DNA of 63,967 nt, filler included. It is 5 parts of 5 records of this genome, joined end to end, with 100 filler letters (N's around TTAATTAATTAA, not from the genome) between each part and the next. Parts side by side here need not be neighbours in the genome. Positions count along the whole stretch, not along the records: positions 58,847 to 63,967 come from SRR22947725_1894; 4 more parts are not named here. One strand, written 5' to 3'. Every line of letters starts with the position of its first letter. Positions within the stretch are counted from its first letter, which is position 1. The translations under genes and the position numbers were made by a program. The notes under the pieces were generated by a model. It did no database searches, was not told the origin of the DNA, and was given only the letters and a program-made list of their open reading frames with translations. This document shows, piece after piece, positions 61,263-63,967 of the stretch.

Positions 61263-62586
61263 CTTTGCAATTTTTCTCCAACCAATTAGCTATACTTAAA
61301 AACCTTAAATCATCCAGCTTATTACCTGTTAACTGGACGCCTAATGGTAAATTATTTTCTCCTGTTAGTAAAGGAAGTGAAATAGTTGGCAAACCTAGAT
61401 AGGTCCACGTCTTTTGAAAATCTGCGCTACCTGTAGATTTTAATCCTTTATCAGCTACACCGCTTGCTGAGGGTGAAATTATTCCATGGTAATCTTCAAA
61501 AACTTCTTTGAAAGACTCATAACTTTGTTTCATAAAATCTATAGCATTAGCATAATCATAAGCGGAATGTTTAAGTCCTTTTTCAATAGCATCTCTCATT
61601 TCTTTGGAAAGCTTCTTTTTATCTTTCTTATAATAAGCTTGGAAGTTATTAGCTAAGTCTGTTTCGTGAATAATCTGATGATGTTTTGGTATATTCTTAA
61701 AGTATGAAGGAGTATCAAAAATTTCAATATTTTTTTTAAATTTTTTTATAAAAAATTCGAAAGCATCTCTTGAATCTTTATGAATGTTTTTCCATTTATC
61801 TGTTTTATAAAAAATAAATTTTGGTTCAAAAATTGGTTCTTGTTTACAAATTTCTAGCATATTGTCAGCAGCAAAATGGATTGTCGCAGGATCATAAAGA
61901 TCTTTTTTTATTAGAGACTTTGCTAACAAAGCCACATCTTCAACTGATTTTCCGTATACACCGATAGTATCTAATTTTTCAGAAGTCTTGAGCACTCCAC
62001 TCCTCGAAATTAATCCATAAGAAGGTTTGTATCCAACTACTCCACAGTATGAAGCTGGTCGTACAATTGATCCACCTGTTTGTGAGCCAATAGATAGTGG
62101 TGCCATTTGTGAAGCTATTACTGCTGCTGATCCACTTGAAGAACCACCTGGTGTTCTTGAATAATCATGCGGGTTTGTTGTTTTGCCGGGATGAATATAA
62201 GCCAGCTCAGCAGTTACCGTTTTTCCCATGATTATAGCTCCAGCATTTTTTAATAAATTTACTACTTCTGAATCTTGTGAGGCGGACATTTTTTTTCTAA
62301 ATACAGTGCCACATTCAGTTGGCATATCATATGTTCCAAAAATATCTTTAACCGCTATTGGCAAACCGTGAAGTGGCCCTAAAGGTTTCCCGGTCTTTCT
62401 ATATTCATCGGCTTCCTCTGCTTTTTCTAAAAGAATCTTTTTATCTAGAAATGTCCATGCCTTCACATCCTTTTCAAACTTTTCTACTCTTCCTAAATAA
62501 GCTTTGCATACTTCTACGGACGAAATTTGGCCTTCTCGTAATTGAGCAACTAATTCATTAGTTGAAAGTGAAAAAATATTTATCAT
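61255..62586 (-). CDS. Amidase signature family enzyme
   Basis: GPLHGLPIAVKD, TPGGSSSGSAA, GSQTGGSIVRPASYCG, LPLGVQL. Confidence 0.92.
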   Translation of the reverse strand: MINIFSLSTNELVAQLREGQISSVEVCKAYLGRVEKFEKDVKAWTFLDKKILLEKAEEADEYRKTGKPLGPLHGLPIAVKDIFGTYDMPTECGTVFRKKMSASQDSEVVNLLKNAGAIIMGKTVTAELAYIHPGKTTNPHDYSRTPGGSSSGSAAVIASQMAPLSIGSQTGGSIVRPASYCGVVGYKPSYGLISRSGVLKTSEKLDTIGVYGKSVEDVALLAKSLIKKDLYDPATIHFAADNMLEICKQEPIFEPKFIFYKTDKWKNIHKDSRDAFEFFIKKFKKNIEIFDTPSYFKNIPKHHQIIHETDLANNFQAYYKKDKKKLSKEMRDAIEKGLKHSAYDYANAIDFMKQSYESFKEVFEDYHGIISPSASGVADKGLKSTGSADFQKTWTYLGLPTISLPLLTGENNLPLGVQLTGNKLDDLRFLSIANWLEKNCKDE

Positions 62587-62595
62587 GATTATTTT

Positions 62596-63957
62596 CTATT
62601 CAGCGAAAAGTGTTTCTGGTAACCATAAAGCTATTCCAGGGAACCAATACATTAAGACCATGGCAAAAATTACTATACCTAAGAACGGCATTATTCCGGC
62701 AAATATTTCCATTAGTTCAACATTTTTAGACTGGACGCCTTTTAAGTAATAGGCGGACATGGCCATAGGCGGAGTTAAAAAAGAAGTTTGTAGATTTAAA
62801 GCTATTAACATTGCAAAGAAATATGGATTTACATCAAACAATACTAATAGAGGTAAAAATATTGGTACAAATATTATTAAAATTTCAGTCCACTCCAAAG
62901 GCCAACCTAGAAGAAAAATTATTATTTGAGTAATAACTAAAAATTGCCAAGGAGCTAAATCCATTGATTTAAAAAAATGTTCGAAAACTTCATGGCCTCC
63001 TAAATAAGAAAACACAGAGGAAAAAGTCCAAGATCCTATAAATAACCACATGATCATCGCCGTTGTTTTTGCGGTTAAAAAAACTGACTCTTTAAAGTTT
63101 TTCCATTTAAGTGTTTTATAAAAATAAGATAATACTAGTGCACCAAACGCTCCGGCTGCTGCTGCTTCTGCAGGTGTTGCTATACCTGCTAGAATTGTTC
63201 CAAGCACTAACATAATCAAACCGAATAACGGAACAAAAGATACAAGCACCTCAAGTAAAATAGCTCCTGTTGGTGGAATATCTTCAGCTGGTGGTTTTGG
63301 TGCAATCGATGGATTTAAATATGCTCGGGTTACTGCATAAACAATATACAAGCCAGCCAACATTAGTCCTGGAAAAATAGCTGCTGCAAACAACCTTAAA
63401 GGTGAAAGTTGAGCAATTACCGAATAAACAATTAACATAATGCTTGGAGGTATTAAAATTCCTAAACATCCCCCGGCGCAAATTATGCCTGATGCAAATT
63501 TTTTATCATATCCTGCTTTAACCATTGCCGGCCAAGCAAGTAATCCCATTAATGTAACCACAGCCCCGATAATTCCCGTAGCTGTAGAAAATAAAGTACA
63601 AGTAATTAATGCAGCTACCGCCATTGAAGCTGGCAATCTATGTGCAGCCAATCTTATTGCAAAAAATAATTTTGATACAATTCCTGCTCGCTCAACTAAG
63701 TATCCCATGAATAAAAATAAGGGGACAGCCGTAAGCACATTGTTGTCCATTACTGTGTAAGTATTTTGGACAAAAAGTTGAAATATTCTATTGTCAAGGA
63801 AGTGTTCCATGACTGCTGGATCATAATAAGCGTAATAACCAAAACCTATACCCATTGCCATTAATGTGAACGCAATTGGAAAACCTAATAGCACCGCAAA
63901 TAAAAATATACCCATCATCATGATGGCCACTTCAGGATTTGTTAAACTAAATAGCAT
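62596..63957 (-). CDS. dctM: TRAP transporter large permease subunit
   Basis: GFPIAF, AVPLFLFMG, LGILIPPS, ATPAEAAA, FLTPP. Confidence 0.92.
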   Translation of the reverse strand: MLFSLTNPEVAIMMMGIFLFAVLLGFPIAFTLMAMGIGFGYYAYYDPAVMEHFLDNRIFQLFVQNTYTVMDNNVLTAVPLFLFMGYLVERAGIVSKLFFAIRLAAHRLPASMAVAALITCTLFSTATGIIGAVVTLMGLLAWPAMVKAGYDKKFASGIICAGGCLGILIPPSIMLIVYSVIAQLSPLRLFAAAIFPGLMLAGLYIVYAVTRAYLNPSIAPKPPAEDIPPTGAILLEVLVSFVPLFGLIMLVLGTILAGIATPAEAAAAGAFGALVLSYFYKTLKWKNFKESVFLTAKTTAMIMWLFIGSWTFSSVFSYLGGHEVFEHFFKSMDLAPWQFLVITQIIIFLLGWPLEWTEILIIFVPIFLPLLVLFDVNPYFFAMLIALNLQTSFLTPPMAMSAYYLKGVQSKNVELMEIFAGIMPFLGIVIFAMVLMYWFPGIALWLPETLFAE

Positions 63958-63967
63958 CTTTTTGATC

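Overview
This window is not one genome. It is five unrelated, apparently marine/aquatic metagenomic contigs joined by artificial 100-nt spacers (N-runs around TTAATTAATTAA, which has stops in all six frames) at 17577-17676, 37886-37985, 53026-53125 and 58747-58846. Taxonomic labels are inferred from composition and gene content. Contig 1 (1-17576) is an AT-rich, streamlined gammaproteobacterium (SAR86-like). It carries a SAM-II/SAM-V-type riboswitch ahead of metY, a complete ccmABCDEFGH(I) operon, then smc-zipA followed by an ATP-dependent DNA ligase. Contig 2 (17677-37885) is a moderately GC-rich actinobacterium (Microbacteriaceae/Luna-like) with sufC, fabG/fabI, glgC/glgA, tRNA-Leu(GAG), and a Pup-proteasome locus lacking its core (PAC2, trmI, FKBP, pafBC, tatAC remain). 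Contig 3 (37986-53025) is a flavobacterial Wzx/Wzy polysaccharide cluster. Contig 4 (53126-58746) is a flavobacterial acs flanked by three SGNH/O-acetylesterases. Contig 5 (58847-63967) is SAR11-like: ftsY and a TRAP-amidase operon. The strongest signals are in contig 1. (i) The Smc has no recognisable hinge domain, and both coiled-coil arms carry diverged tandem duplications (120 aa and 143 aa) nested symmetrically around a ~49-aa centre. (ii) A LigW/T4-like ATP-dependent ligase sits exactly in the ligA slot of the conserved smc-zipA-ligA operon.
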